Positions 37,987-46,890 of a stretch of 64,000 bases of DNA are shown here, in pieces (position 1 is the first letter of the stretch; each line of letters starts with the position of its first letter). The position numbers and the translations under genes are program-made. Location: assembly GCA_037127815.1 (NCBI GenBank), contig JBAXXP010000002.1, positions 41,490 through 105,489 on the forward strand, read 5' to 3'. Below the pieces are notes generated by a model. It had not been told where the DNA came from. It was given only the letters and a program-made list of their open reading frames with translations, and searched no databases. The DNA is from a bacterium. Lineage in GTDB: Bacteria > Patescibacteriota > Minisyncoccia > Phycocordibacterales > CAIZLB01.

Positions 37987-39924
37987 ATGTGTGGAATAGC
38001 AGGAATAATTGGAAATAAAGAAATATCATCTACATCAATTGACAAGATGGTTGATATTATTAGTCATAGAGGCCCAGATGACAGAGGTATTTTGAATGAT
38101 GATAAATTCTCTTTTGGAATGAGAAGATTGTCTATCATAGACCTAGAAGGAGGACATCAACCAATGTCTAATGAGGATGGAAGTATTACTGTTGTATTCA
38201 ACGGTGAAATTTATAATTACAAAGAACTAAGACCCAGCCTGCTTGCGCTTGGCCACACATTTAAAACAGAAAGTGATACCGAGGGTTTGGTTCACCTGTA
38301 TGAGGAGTATGGTAAGGATATGGTTAAATATTTAAGAGGTATGTTTGCTTTTGCAATTTACGATTCTAATAAGAATCAGATTTTTATTGCACGTGATCAT
38401 TTTGGAATTAAGCCATTATACTTTTCAACTGATAAGGATTCTACAATCGATAATAATCCAAACGGAGGTAATCTACTTTCATTTGGATCAGAAATAAAAA
38501 GCATACTACTGGATCCTCGAATCAAAAAAGAAATAAACCATGAGGGGGTTTATCAATATTTATCTTTTCAATATAATCCTTTATCTGAAACTCTATTTAA
38601 AAGAATATTCAAGTTAACTCCTGGACATCATCTAACAATAGATTTGAGTAAGGAAAATGAATCGCCTTTTGTAATAGAAAAATATTGGAATTATGAATTT
38701 GATGGGGCAAAAAACACAAAGAAATCTAATATATCTGAAGCCTTAATTGAGAAACAATTAGCTGACAAGACAAGAGAAATTGTAACAGATTCTGTTGCAC
38801 ATCATATGATAAGTGATGTGCCTGTTGGTACGTTTCTATCAGGAGGAATTGATAGCGGTATAATTGCAACACTAGTTCAGGAAGAGAGAAATAAAGCTAA
38901 TATGGGGCCTGTATCCACCTTTACCATCGGCTTTAAAGAAGTTAGCGAACAGGCAGCAGCTAAGGAAGTAGCAGACAGAATTGGATCAGAGCATAATGAA
39001 ATCCTAATTACATTTGAGGAATATTTAAAAGAGCTACCTAAAATTGTTTGGTATTTTGACGAACCAGTAGCTGACCCGTCAGCGGTTTCATTATTTTTCC
39101 TTGCGAGAGAAGCTAGAAAGAAAGTGAAGGTAGTGCTCTCAGGAGAAGGAGCTGATGAGTTTTTTGGTGGATATAATATTTACAGAGAACCCCTAGATAT
39201 AAAAATTATTGAATCATTGCCAGAATGGATAAAATATTTTTTCTTAAGACCTTTTCTTCTTTTGCCATTTAATTTCTTAGGTAAAAATTTTATAAGAAGG
39301 GGAGTAACAAAATTGGAGGATAGGTATATTGGTAATGCAAATATTTTCAATAAAAAAGACCGTGATTTAATTTGGAAAAAAGAAAAATATTTACCAAAGT
39401 TTTTACCAAAAGATATTCTTAGTAAATTATATGTAGAGATGAGAGGGGAGAATGACTCTAGAAAAATGCAATACGTAGATATTAATACTTGGCTGCAAGG
39501 GGACATATTAGCAAAGGCAGACAAGATGACTATGGCAAATTCATTAGAGCTTCGAGTTCCCTTCCTCGATAAAAATGTAGCTGAGTTCTCAGAAACTATT
39601 CCTGATAAGTTTAAATATAAGGATAAGAAAACTAAATATATTTTAAGAAAGGCCTTTGAAGATATACTTCCTAGGACGACAGCAGAACGCAGAAAATTAG
39701 GTTTTCCAACCCCTTTTGGAGCTTGGCTTAAAAATAGTCCAGATGAAGTTATGAACATAATTCTTAATAATGAATACATCAAGGAGTATATGAATATGGA
39801 CTTTATAAAGGATTTAGTAGAAAAACATGTAAACGGTAAGATGATTGGAAAAGTAGATATATCAAGAAAGATTTATGCATTATTAATGCTCGCCTTGTGG
39901 TATAATGAATTTATAAAAGAATAA
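37987..39924 (+). CDS. asnB: Asparagine synthetase B (glutamine-hydrolysing)
   Basis: Ntn-amidotransferase start MCGIAGIIG and the PP-loop SGGIDSG in the synthetase domain. Confidence 0.9.
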   Translation: MCGIAGIIGNKEISSTSIDKMVDIISHRGPDDRGILNDDKFSFGMRRLSIIDLEGGHQPMSNEDGSITVVFNGEIYNYKELRPSLLALGHTFKTESDTEGLVHLYEEYGKDMVKYLRGMFAFAIYDSNKNQIFIARDHFGIKPLYFSTDKDSTIDNNPNGGNLLSFGSEIKSILLDPRIKKEINHEGVYQYLSFQYNPLSETLFKRIFKLTPGHHLTIDLSKENESPFVIEKYWNYEFDGAKNTKKSNISEALIEKQLADKTREIVTDSVAHHMISDVPVGTFLSGGIDSGIIATLVQEERNKANMGPVSTFTIGFKEVSEQAAAKEVADRIGSEHNEILITFEEYLKELPKIVWYFDEPVADPSAVSLFFLAREARKKVKVVLSGEGADEFFGGYNIYREPLDIKIIESLPEWIKYFFLRPFLLLPFNFLGKNFIRRGVTKLEDRYIGNANIFNKKDRDLIWKKEKYLPKFLPKDILSKLYVEMRGENDSRKMQYVDINTWLQGDILAKADKMTMANSLELRVPFLDKNVAEFSETIPDKFKYKDKKTKYILRKAFEDILPRTTAERRKLGFPTPFGAWLKNSPDEVMNIILNNEYIKEYMNMDFIKDLVEKHVNGKMIGKVDISRKIYALLMLALWYNEFIKE

Positions 39925-39931
39925 TTTATTT

Positions 39932-40171
39932 ATGAAAAAAATATCAAATCAAAAAGGTTTTATTGAGATAATTGTTGTACTAATTATTGCACTCGTTCTA
40001 CTAAATGTACTTGGTATTGATCTTAAGGCAGTGCTTGCAAAAGACTCCGTAAAACAATTTATAACATATGCAAAGGACTTGATTGTATTAGTTTGGAATG
40101 ACTTGAAGATGCTTGTTGATGCTATTAAAAATTCAAATGTAGCTCCATCTAGCTATCCAACGGTAAACTAG
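39932..40171 (+). CDS. Small protein with prepilin-like N-terminus (pseudopilin/ComGC-like?)
   Basis: MKKISNQKGFIEIIVVLIIALVL resembles the class III signal (KGF-x-x-IE plus hydrophobic helix), but the Glu sits at +3 rather than the canonical +5. 79 aa. Confidence 0.3.
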   Translation: MKKISNQKGFIEIIVVLIIALVLLNVLGIDLKAVLAKDSVKQFITYAKDLIVLVWNDLKMLVDAIKNSNVAPSSYPTVN

Positions 40172-40215
40172 AAAGATCTACTGATTACGTTTCAATAAAA
40201 TAAACTAATTTAAAG

Positions 40216-40254
40216 CCCCCGCCAAGATTTGAAAATCTACTTGCGGGGGTTTTT
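40216..40254. terminator. Bidirectional GC-clamp terminator
   Basis: CCCCCGCAAGATT-tgaaa-ATCTACTTGCGGGGG followed by TTTTT. Serves the converging genes 39932(+) and 40258..40590(-). Confidence 0.6.
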
Positions 40255-40257
40255 AGT

Positions 40258-40590
40258 TCATATCCTAAGGTAGCCAAGACGGACTCTTAGAATACAACAG
40301 ACTCTTTCAAAATCACCTTGCTTCTTTTCGCTCCCTGTATGGTCGTGGTATAGATCCCTGATGCATTTTCTAAAATCCAGTAATCCTCTAGTCTCAGATT
40401 CATTCTTCGGTGATTCATTGGTTATGTACTCAATAAATCTAAGAGCGTCATCAACTCGAGCTTCACAGAAGCCCCCAAGGCGTTGTGGTAGTCCAGCTTG
40501 GTAAAGTGTTGAGATAATTGTCAATTGTATTGGATTCAAAGAATCCCAGAATTTGTCAAATGTGGAAAATATCATATACGTGTTCTCCAA
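40258..40590 (-). CDS. Hypothetical protein
   Basis: 110-aa ORF, moderately GC-richer than the core, no recognisable motif. Confidence 0.3.
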   Translation of the reverse strand: MENTYMIFSTFDKFWDSLNPIQLTIISTLYQAGLPQRLGGFCEARVDDALRFIEYITNESPKNESETRGLLDFRKCIRDLYHDHTGSEKKQGDFERVCCILRVRLGYLRI

Positions 40591-41209
40591 TCTATTTTTA
40601 TGTGTTTATACTTCTCTTAATGAATATCAGTATTTAAATTTTTATAATTCATCATTTTACTTAAAATTATTTAACAAAATAAAAATAAATATTTGTGCTT
40701 TTTTATAAGTAAACCACAAAAGCTTTTTTTGTCAACAATAGGGGAGAAGGGGGCATTTTTAGGCCAAATGACATATCTGGCAAAATTAGCAAAAATGCCA
40801 AAATTATGAGGGCACAGGTTGACGCTACAGGCCAGCGAATAAAATAAGACGAGCAAACATACCTCTCAAATTATTATGTAAAAGGCAATTAAAACCCATA
40901 CAATAAGCCGGCGGTTAAAATAGCCTTATTCAGAAGGGGTTTATATGTATGTCGCAAAAGATATATTGTGCGACACCTATATACTTTGTATTATGGCTCC
41001 CCTCAGCAACCAATAAGGCCTTAACGTCAGCAGATACAATTGCGATTCAATTTGCGCAGTCCTCTCCTTCTCTACAACAAAATTCCGCAGGCTACCTAAT
41101 CTTTAGCGCGCGGAATTTTATTTATTTTTTATTTTTTTTGAAAATTTTGAATTTCCAGATTATCCTAGATTTGTGCTAAAATTAACATAATCAATTTTAT
41201 TTTAAATTT

Positions 41210-41881
41210 ATGGAAAATTTCACAGATATACCAAAAGAAGAAAAAATGCCCATTCAGGCAGAATCACAATTCCCCATCCAGAATCTAGGCCTGGAGTCTG
41301 AGGCACATACGGAGACACCTAAAGAAAAAAATACATCAAGGAGAAGTTTCCTGGCCGGCATATTTGGAGCTGGAGCTGCACTTGCTACCGGAGGCTTTTC
41401 TTCAGAATCACTAGCTGGGGTACCTGAGGTAAAGAGCCAAGAAGCGGAAAATAAGCTACTTCAAAAAATCGGTCTAGAGAGAAGCCAGATTAAGCCAGAA
41501 TATCTAAAGAAGTACTTTGAGGGTGCTTACAAAGCAATTGTCATAGTGGACGTAAGCCCTGATAAGCAATCATTATCCGCATACGACAAGGATGGTAATA
41601 TTCTAATTAAAGACGCTGAAATTTCAAGTGGAAGAGCTCATATGGAGACTCCAACTGGAAGTCATGAATCTGGAAAGAGAGAACTTATCCATGTTAATCG
41701 CGAAGGTATCGATATGCCATACTCAGTTGCTATTGATGCCGAACGTGGATTGTATGTACATAAAGGATCTCTGCCTGGCTTCCCTGCTTCTCATGGTTGT
41801 ATAAGGGTTGGTGATGATGATGCTAAAAAAATATATAATCTGGCTGAACATAGTAAGGATTTGGTGATTGTAACCAGATAA
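41210..41881 (+). CDS. L,D-transpeptidase (YkuD domain) with twin-arginine signal peptide
   Basis: TSRRSFLAGIFGAGAALA (Tat motif S/T-R-R-x-F-L) and a C-terminal YkuD fold with catalytic SHGCIRV. Confidence 0.7.
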   Translation: MENFTDIPKEEKMPIQAESQFPIQNLGLESEAHTETPKEKNTSRRSFLAGIFGAGAALATGGFSSESLAGVPEVKSQEAENKLLQKIGLERSQIKPEYLKKYFEGAYKAIVIVDVSPDKQSLSAYDKDGNILIKDAEISSGRAHMETPTGSHESGKRELIHVNREGIDMPYSVAIDAERGLYVHKGSLPGFPASHGCIRVGDDDAKKIYNLAEHSKDLVIVTR

Positions 41882-42087
41882 ACTTTAGACCTAGGTACTT
41901 TTTTTGAGTTGTCTGCTGAACACTGTACCTAACCCCAAGACATGGCTTTCCGAATAACTTATATTAAAGACAATACTATAATGAACTCGAATGCACTATA
42001 AATAATAGTAACAAAAACTCAATTAAAAAAATATTGACAAATTAAATATTAGTTATAACATTACATCAGGACTAGCACAATGCTCGT

Positions 42088-42297
42088 TTGCAACCGCATA
42101 TACATATGAGTGACGAATCCGACAGAATACAAGAGGCTCATGATGATGGAGAAAAATTCGAAGCGTCAAACACCTATGACCCATTAAAGATTATAGCTGA
42201 GGCGATCGATAAACACGTACGCTATGACCAAGAAGAATTGGATGCGTACGAAAAAGGAGCCGACAACGTCCGCAAGCAAAAGAGTGGATGGTGGTAA
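42088..42297 (+). CDS. Small acidic hypothetical protein
   Basis: 69-aa ORF followed by a clean terminator. Coding status is uncertain. Confidence 0.3.
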   Translation: MQPHIHMSDESDRIQEAHDDGEKFEASNTYDPLKIIAEAIDKHVRYDQEELDAYEKGADNVRKQKSGWW

Positions 42298-42410
42298 AAC
42301 GTAATAATTGAGGATCATCAGCCTACATATCCCAGGCTAACATCACCCGTTCATAACATCTCACAAGGTGTTACATCCAGCAGATCCTAACATGATCTAG
42401 CTTCTAATAT

Positions 42411-42434
42411 AGCCCACTTCGGTGGGCTTTTTTC
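42411..42434 (+). terminator. Intrinsic terminator
   Basis: AGCCCAC-ttcg-GTGGGCT followed by TTTTTT. A second hairpin, CACCACC...GGTGGTG plus a T-run, lies at ~42478-42510. Confidence 0.6.
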
Positions 42435-42571
42435 CTGTTTTAAATATTGGACAAATAACGACCCCAAATAACAAAACACCACCGCAATTACTTGGGTGGT
42501 GTTTTGTTATATAGGTTTTTGATTTTGTGCAATGAGCTGGGCTTCCCCACTATCTCATGTTCAAACTGATA

Positions 42572-43198
42572 TTACTTTATTATATTGTCCGCTAAGATCT
42601 TCTTAGAAACAGCCATGGCTTTTGCAACCTCTGACTTTTTCCAACAAGGAGCTGACGATATCCAAGGTGCAGTACCTTCCTCTTGATAAAGTAACTTGGC
42701 ATATGCCATGTTACCCTCAACGGAGTAAATATCATAACCTAGCTTTTTAGCACGCTTTGCGTGGTAATACTCATTAACCTGAGCAATTCCCACATCCTGA
42801 TTGTTAGCTATTCCTCTGAATGCGCTACCATCAGCATTAAATTGTCTAAAACGTGACTCACACTTAACGATTTCTGCCATTATAGGCGTATCCGCGAAGT
42901 ATAATCTAACCTTACTCTCTACTTCTGAATTAATATCAACCTTCTTTGTCTTAACTGGAGTATCATTTGTTGTATCTATTGATGCAGCATCTGCTACCTT
43001 AACTAAACTGATTGAAGTTGATGTTGTGGCTAGCGCGTCTTGTGTTTGAATAACTGCTGTTGTGTCTGTTCCTACTATTCCTGAAACAAGCATTGCTAAG
43101 CCGATTGTAAGTTGTAAAATAAAGAATCTATTATGTTTGTAATGCGTATGTCTAAGTCTGAATAGTCTATACGCTTGCACGGAAATCAAAAAGCACAT
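42572..43198 (-). CDS. Secreted lysozyme-like / lytic-transglycosylase-domain protein (Rpf/SLT-like)
   Basis: N-terminal TM/signal and Thr/Ser-rich linker, then a C-terminal region CESRFRQFNADGS...GIAQVNEYYH resembling the catalytic-Glu CES...G(L/I)xQ core of the lysozyme-like superfamily. Confidence 0.4.
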   Translation of the reverse strand: MCFLISVQAYRLFRLRHTHYKHNRFFILQLTIGLAMLVSGIVGTDTTAVIQTQDALATTSTSISLVKVADAASIDTTNDTPVKTKKVDINSEVESKVRLYFADTPIMAEIVKCESRFRQFNADGSAFRGIANNQDVGIAQVNEYYHAKRAKKLGYDIYSVEGNMAYAKLLYQEEGTAPWISSAPCWKKSEVAKAMAVSKKILADNIIK

Positions 43199-43504
43199 CC
43201 TTATGTGCTATGCCAATATACTAGCATGCCAGCAAGGATAAGTCAACCATTTTAGGGGTATATTTACCCTGTAAAAACACCATTCTAAGGCTAATAATAA
43301 AGGTATAATTGATATAACATAGTTGACTATGTGTCAATCTTTGTGTTATAGCTTAGAACTATATTTATAGCCCTATAATGGCAAAATGGCCAAAATAGAC
43401 ATTTTTGATTTATTCACACTTCCCTGCCCAAACCCCTTGCTTTTTTTTGCCCCATACCCATGACATGAAGCTAGCTAAAAGCTGATAAATGTGGTCTTAA
43501 ATCT

Positions 43505-43532
43505 GGAGTCAGTTACCATAGAGCCTGACCCT
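43505..43532. repeat. Degenerate REP-like palindrome
   Basis: GGAGTCAGTTACCATAGAGCCTGACCCT, with diverged centre and arms. Confidence 0.5.
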
Positions 43533-43543
43533 AAACCTACCCT

Positions 43544-43780
43544 CTATTTAGCTTTCTTAACAGGCTTCTTCTTGCTTTGCAATAAGATATCGTTTTGAGC
43601 CTGTAGTTCCCTCTTAAACGTCTCAGAAGCCTTATTTAAGGTATTCTGATCACAGTTTAGAGTTATAGGCGCAGGCTCTTTATAGGCATTCAGTAGGTAC
43701 AGCAAAAAGTACAGGTTTACCACCCCAAGCACGATAGCTGTTATAAACAACCAGAAATGTATTGATATTTTACTCATCAT
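43544..43780 (-). CDS. Small single-TM hypothetical protein
   Basis: 78 aa with an N-terminal TM helix and a Lys-rich C-terminus. Confidence 0.3.
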   Translation of the reverse strand: MMSKISIHFWLFITAIVLGVVNLYFLLYLLNAYKEPAPITLNCDQNTLNKASETFKRELQAQNDILLQSKKKPVKKAK

Positions 43781-43946
43781 AGGTTATACTGATGCCACTT
43801 CTGATACGGCTTCAGTGGGATTATCATCTCATGGTCACCCCAAAGAAGTCATAAAGATTTGTTAAAGATTCCAAGGAGACTTAATAAAGTTTCAAAAGGA
43901 ATATTTAAAAGTCCCGAATAATACATAAAATAATTAAGATAACAAT

Positions 43947-44273
43947 ATGGCAACAAAAAAAGCTGGAGGTTCAGCGAAAAACCTAACTGATTCAAATCCA
44001 CAATACCTAGGTATAAAACTATACGCAGGTGAGCGTGCTCAAACTGGATCAATCATCGTAAGACAAAGAGGAACAAAGATCATGGCTGGTAAGAACGTTG
44101 GTGTTGGTAAAGACCATACACTTTACGCTACTGCTCCTGGTGTTGTTGCATACACAGAAAAGAGAAAAGTTGATTTTGATAATAAGGTTAGCAAGAGAAA
44201 GGTTGCTAATGTTGTTGGAGAAGTTGCTAAGGTTGCAAGCAAGAAAGCTGCAACTAAGGTTGTTGCTGCTTAA
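43947..44273 (+). CDS. rpmA: 50S ribosomal protein L27 with Lys/Ala-rich C-terminal extension
   Basis: [12 protein letters not shown]...[28 protein letters not shown] is canonical L27, with a ~25-aa KA-rich tail. Confidence 0.9.
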   Translation: MATKKAGGSAKNLTDSNPQYLGIKLYAGERAQTGSIIVRQRGTKIMAGKNVGVGKDHTLYATAPGVVAYTEKRKVDFDNKVSKRKVANVVGEVAKVASKKAATKVVAA

Positions 44274-44283
44274 TGAGTAGTTT

Positions 44284-44311
44284 GGGGTCAGACACCATGG
44301 TGCCTGACCCC
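44284..44311. repeat. REP-like palindrome (copy 3)
   Basis: GGGGTCAGACACCATGGTGCCTGACCCC, with one arm mismatch. Confidence 0.8.
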
Positions 44312-44324
44312 AAAAACAAATAAA

Positions 44325-44358
44325 AACACCCGCTGTAAAAAGTGGGTGTTTTTATTTG
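44325..44358 (+). terminator. Intrinsic terminator after rpmA
   Basis: AACACCCGCT-gtaaaa-AGTGGGTGTT followed by TTTTATTT. Confidence 0.5.
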
Positions 44359-44410
44359 TGAAGTTATAATACATCGATCTCGACTTTAGAAAGGCTAAAG
44401 TTTAGCATCC

Positions 44411-44614
44411 CTACGCATTCCTCGCTCTTTCCGCTAGGATTCTGTCTGCTTCCTCTATTACTTTTCTTTGATCTGCATTTGAACCTCTTATAACTTCCTT
44501 ATAAAAGTCCATAAGTTCCTTTTTTGAAGCATTCCTAAAAAAACCAGAGAAGCTGTCTCTTATATTTGGTTTTGTTTTCATTAATCCTACTTTTTGTAAT
44601 AGTCTTTTAATCAT
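44411..44614 (-). CDS. Small hypothetical protein
   Basis: 67-aa basic ORF with no motif. Confidence 0.25.
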   Translation of the reverse strand: MIKRLLQKVGLMKTKPNIRDSFSGFFRNASKKELMDFYKEVIRGSNADQRKVIEEADRILAERARNA

Positions 44615-44767
44615 GTTATTACTTGATTTAATTCATCGTAAGTATATATCTTGTTCAAATACGCGTCAATTTCTTCTATATTCAAATATGTATGTTCTAC
44701 TTTGTCGTTTTTAATGTTTTTAATTTAGTAAAGAAAAAGTAAAGGTTGGTATTTTTGTAATCAAAAA

Positions 44768-44792
44768 GGGCGCCGGCATTCTGCCGGCGCCC
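44768..44792. terminator. GC-clamp terminator after the SPFH gene (bidirectional)
   Basis: GGGCGCCGGCA-ttc-TGCCGGCGCCC, with T-runs on both strands. Confidence 0.6.
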
Positions 44793-44827
44793 TTTTAATC
44801 ATCCGTATCTCTCACCTATTCATTTCC

Positions 44828-45592
44828 CTACTTAACTGCCTTATCAGCACGAATCATAGAAACAGCCTCATTTACAGTTGTCATAAACTGAGCTGGGAAG
44901 ATTATTGTAGAGTTCTTTTCTACTGAAATCTCAGCCATAGTTTGAAGCGTACGTAATTGTAATGCTACAGGGTGAGCAGAGATAAGATCTGCCGCCTCAC
45001 ATAATTTAACAGCAGCCTGGAACTCTCCTTCTGCCGCAACAATCTTTGCACGTCTCTCTCTTTCAGCCTCAGCTTCTTTTGCCATAGCACGTTGCATGTT
45101 ATCAGGAAGTGTAATGTCCTTGATCTCAACAGCAGTAACTTGAATTCCCCATGGTTCTGTATGAACATCGATAACTTCTTTAATTTGAATATTAATCTGA
45201 CTAGTTTTGGATAATAGTTGATCCAATTCAAATTGACCAACAATATTTCTAACTGTAGTCTGACTAATTTGGTTTACAGCATTATAAACATCTTCAATTG
45301 CAACAACAGACTTTTGAGGGTCTAAAATATGATAGTACGCAACAGCTGCGATATCAATTGAAACGTTATCTTTTGTAATAATCTTTTGCGATGGAATACT
45401 CATTGTTATCGTTCTTAGAGAAACCTTTGTCATTTGCTCTAAAATTGGAACGAGTATAATAAGCCCAGGACCACGAACGCCGGTACACTTTCCAAGGAAA
45501 AATATGACACCTCTGTCATATTCCTTGACCACCTTCAGTGACAGAAACAACAATACAACAAGAAGGACTATCCCGAATGTTATCAATTCCAT
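44828..45592 (-). CDS. SPFH/band-7 (stomatin/prohibitin-like) membrane protein
   Basis: N-terminal TM, the SPFH core, and a C-terminal charged coiled-coil (MAKEAEAERERRAKIVAAEGE). Confidence 0.8.
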   Translation of the reverse strand: MELITFGIVLLVVLLFLSLKVVKEYDRGVIFFLGKCTGVRGPGLIILVPILEQMTKVSLRTITMSIPSQKIITKDNVSIDIAAVAYYHILDPQKSVVAIEDVYNAVNQISQTTVRNIVGQFELDQLLSKTSQINIQIKEVIDVHTEPWGIQVTAVEIKDITLPDNMQRAMAKEAEAERERRAKIVAAEGEFQAAVKLCEAADLISAHPVALQLRTLQTMAEISVEKNSTIIFPAQFMTTVNEAVSMIRADKAVK

Positions 45593-45642
45593 AAATATTA
45601 ATTAAATTTGCTAATACTGTAAGTTTAGCATACTTGTTGTTT

Positions 45643-45670
45643 GGGGTCAGGCACTATGGTGCCTGACCCC
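45643..45670. repeat. REP-like palindrome (copy 4)
   Basis: GGGGTCAGGCACTATGGTGCCTGACCCC. Confidence 0.8.
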
Positions 45671-45681
45671 AAGTATGCTTT

Positions 45682-45709
45682 CTAATGTTACGTAATTCCG
45701 TAACATTAG
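45682..45709. repeat. Second, unrelated perfect palindrome adjacent to REP copy 4
   Basis: CTAATGTTACG-taattc-CGTAACATTAG. Confidence 0.7.
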
Positions 45710-45718
45710 AGTACAGCA

Positions 45719-46555
45719 TTAATCACCACTCAATTGCTTCACACTTGAATTACCTAAAAGTGCTGTCATTTGCCATATAGCAACTTCATTCAATTTAAGA
45801 AGCCTGTCTTTTTGAAGTAATCCTGATTTTATATATTCAGAATTTAAATTCTCAAGATTAACTAAACAAACTAATTGAGAAACATCTGCGTAATCTCTAA
45901 TATTACCTTCAAGCTTTGGATTTTTGTTTCCCCACTCTTTTGCCGTCATACCAAACAGTGCCATATTCAAGACATCAGCTTCATTAGCATAAACTAACAC
46001 AGAATCCTTACTTGATAACTTTTGGGGTAATATGATATTTTCTTTTATTGAATCAGTGTGTATTTTATAGTTTATCTTAGTTAGTAATCTTTTGACATTC
46101 CAATCTGAGGAAAGTTTTTCTTGTTCATTTGACTTAAGTCTTTGAAACTCCTTGATTAAGTAAAGTTTAAACTCTGGCGAAAGCCATGTGGCAAATTCAA
46201 AAGCAATGTCCTTGTGAGCAAAAGTACCGCCACCATACCGTCCAGGGGAGGATTTTATGCCAATTGCAGCAGTCTTTTCTATCCATCTCTTTGAAGAAAG
46301 TATAAATCCATTAGAACCCACCTGTTTTTTAATGTTATCGAATTCGATAACATTAAAATTTGGGTTATACATTTGCTCCCAAAAACCCATAAAATCAACT
46401 GTATACCCGGTTCTTAGCCAGTTTGCAATAATGATACCTGTTAATTGAGGGTCTTTAAACTTGGCCATGTCCGTCAACGATATATAATCATCACCTTTAC
46501 TAGATAAGTTAATTGTAATTTCTTGGTTCTTTATTTGTATTTTTACCATCCCCAC
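45719..46555 (-). CDS. KilA-N domain protein (phage/plasmid-associated DNA-binding family)
   Basis: N-terminal region ...GDDYISLTDMAKFKD...ANWLRTGYTVDFMGFWEQ matches the KilA-N/APSES-like pattern. The C-terminal half is unassigned. Confidence 0.45.
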   Translation of the reverse strand: MGMVKIQIKNQEITINLSSKGDDYISLTDMAKFKDPQLTGIIIANWLRTGYTVDFMGFWEQMYNPNFNVIEFDNIKKQVGSNGFILSSKRWIEKTAAIGIKSSPGRYGGGTFAHKDIAFEFATWLSPEFKLYLIKEFQRLKSNEQEKLSSDWNVKRLLTKINYKIHTDSIKENIILPQKLSSKDSVLVYANEADVLNMALFGMTAKEWGNKNPKLEGNIRDYADVSQLVCLVNLENLNSEYIKSGLLQKDRLLKLNEVAIWQMTALLGNSSVKQLSGD

Positions 46556-46760
46556 AATCTAGCAAAACAATATGAGTTTTCTATAAATATTTTGCAATAT
46601 TTTAATTGAGGAGTTAGATGCTGGGACCTGACCACAGACAAATTTTAGTTTGCTGTTAATCATATTATTTATCTTATTTAAAGATATTCCATACTCAGGC
46701 TTTATAATAAGGCTCGTTTTAGATTCTGCTAATTTGGTGCTAATTCTGGCAAAATTAGCA

Positions 46761-46791
46761 ACCGGAAAATCGGAATTTCCGATTTTCCGGT
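46761..46791. promoter_or_regulatory. Perfect 15-bp-arm palindrome in a divergent promoter region (candidate operator)
   Basis: ACCGGAAAATCGGAA-T-TTCCGATTTTCCGGT between the KilA-N start (46555, minus) and the cdaA start. It is preceded by GCTAATT...AATTAGC repeats. Confidence 0.4.
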
Positions 46792-46809
46792 GGAATAAGG
46801 GCTATTTGT

Positions 46810-46828
46810 GGGGTCAGGCACCACAGTG
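46810..46828. repeat. Half REP (left arm and centre only)
   Basis: GGGGTCAGGCACCACAGTG, then divergent sequence. Confidence 0.5.
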
Positions 46829-46890
46829 TATACAGTTCACCTGCGCGAACCCCTTGACCCCACCCCACTACATATGTTATAAAAAAGTAT

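Noticed and set aside
40949-41179. Plus-strand 76-aa ORF in the 600-bp intergenic region before the L,D-transpeptidase.
   Set aside because: Low-complexity AT-rich translation spanning hairpins and T-runs, with no RBS. It is more likely promoter or ncRNA space; I saw no motif matching RNase P, SRP, tmRNA or 6S RNA.
42035-42062. A TTGACA...TATAAC promoter-like pattern upstream of the 69-aa ORF at 42088.
   Set aside because: The spacer length does not fit sigma70 geometry cleanly (14 or 16 nt depending on the -10 chosen), which is too ambiguous to call.
43849-44052. Minus-strand 67-aa ORF.
   Set aside because: It overlaps the start of rpmA (L27), which is unambiguous.
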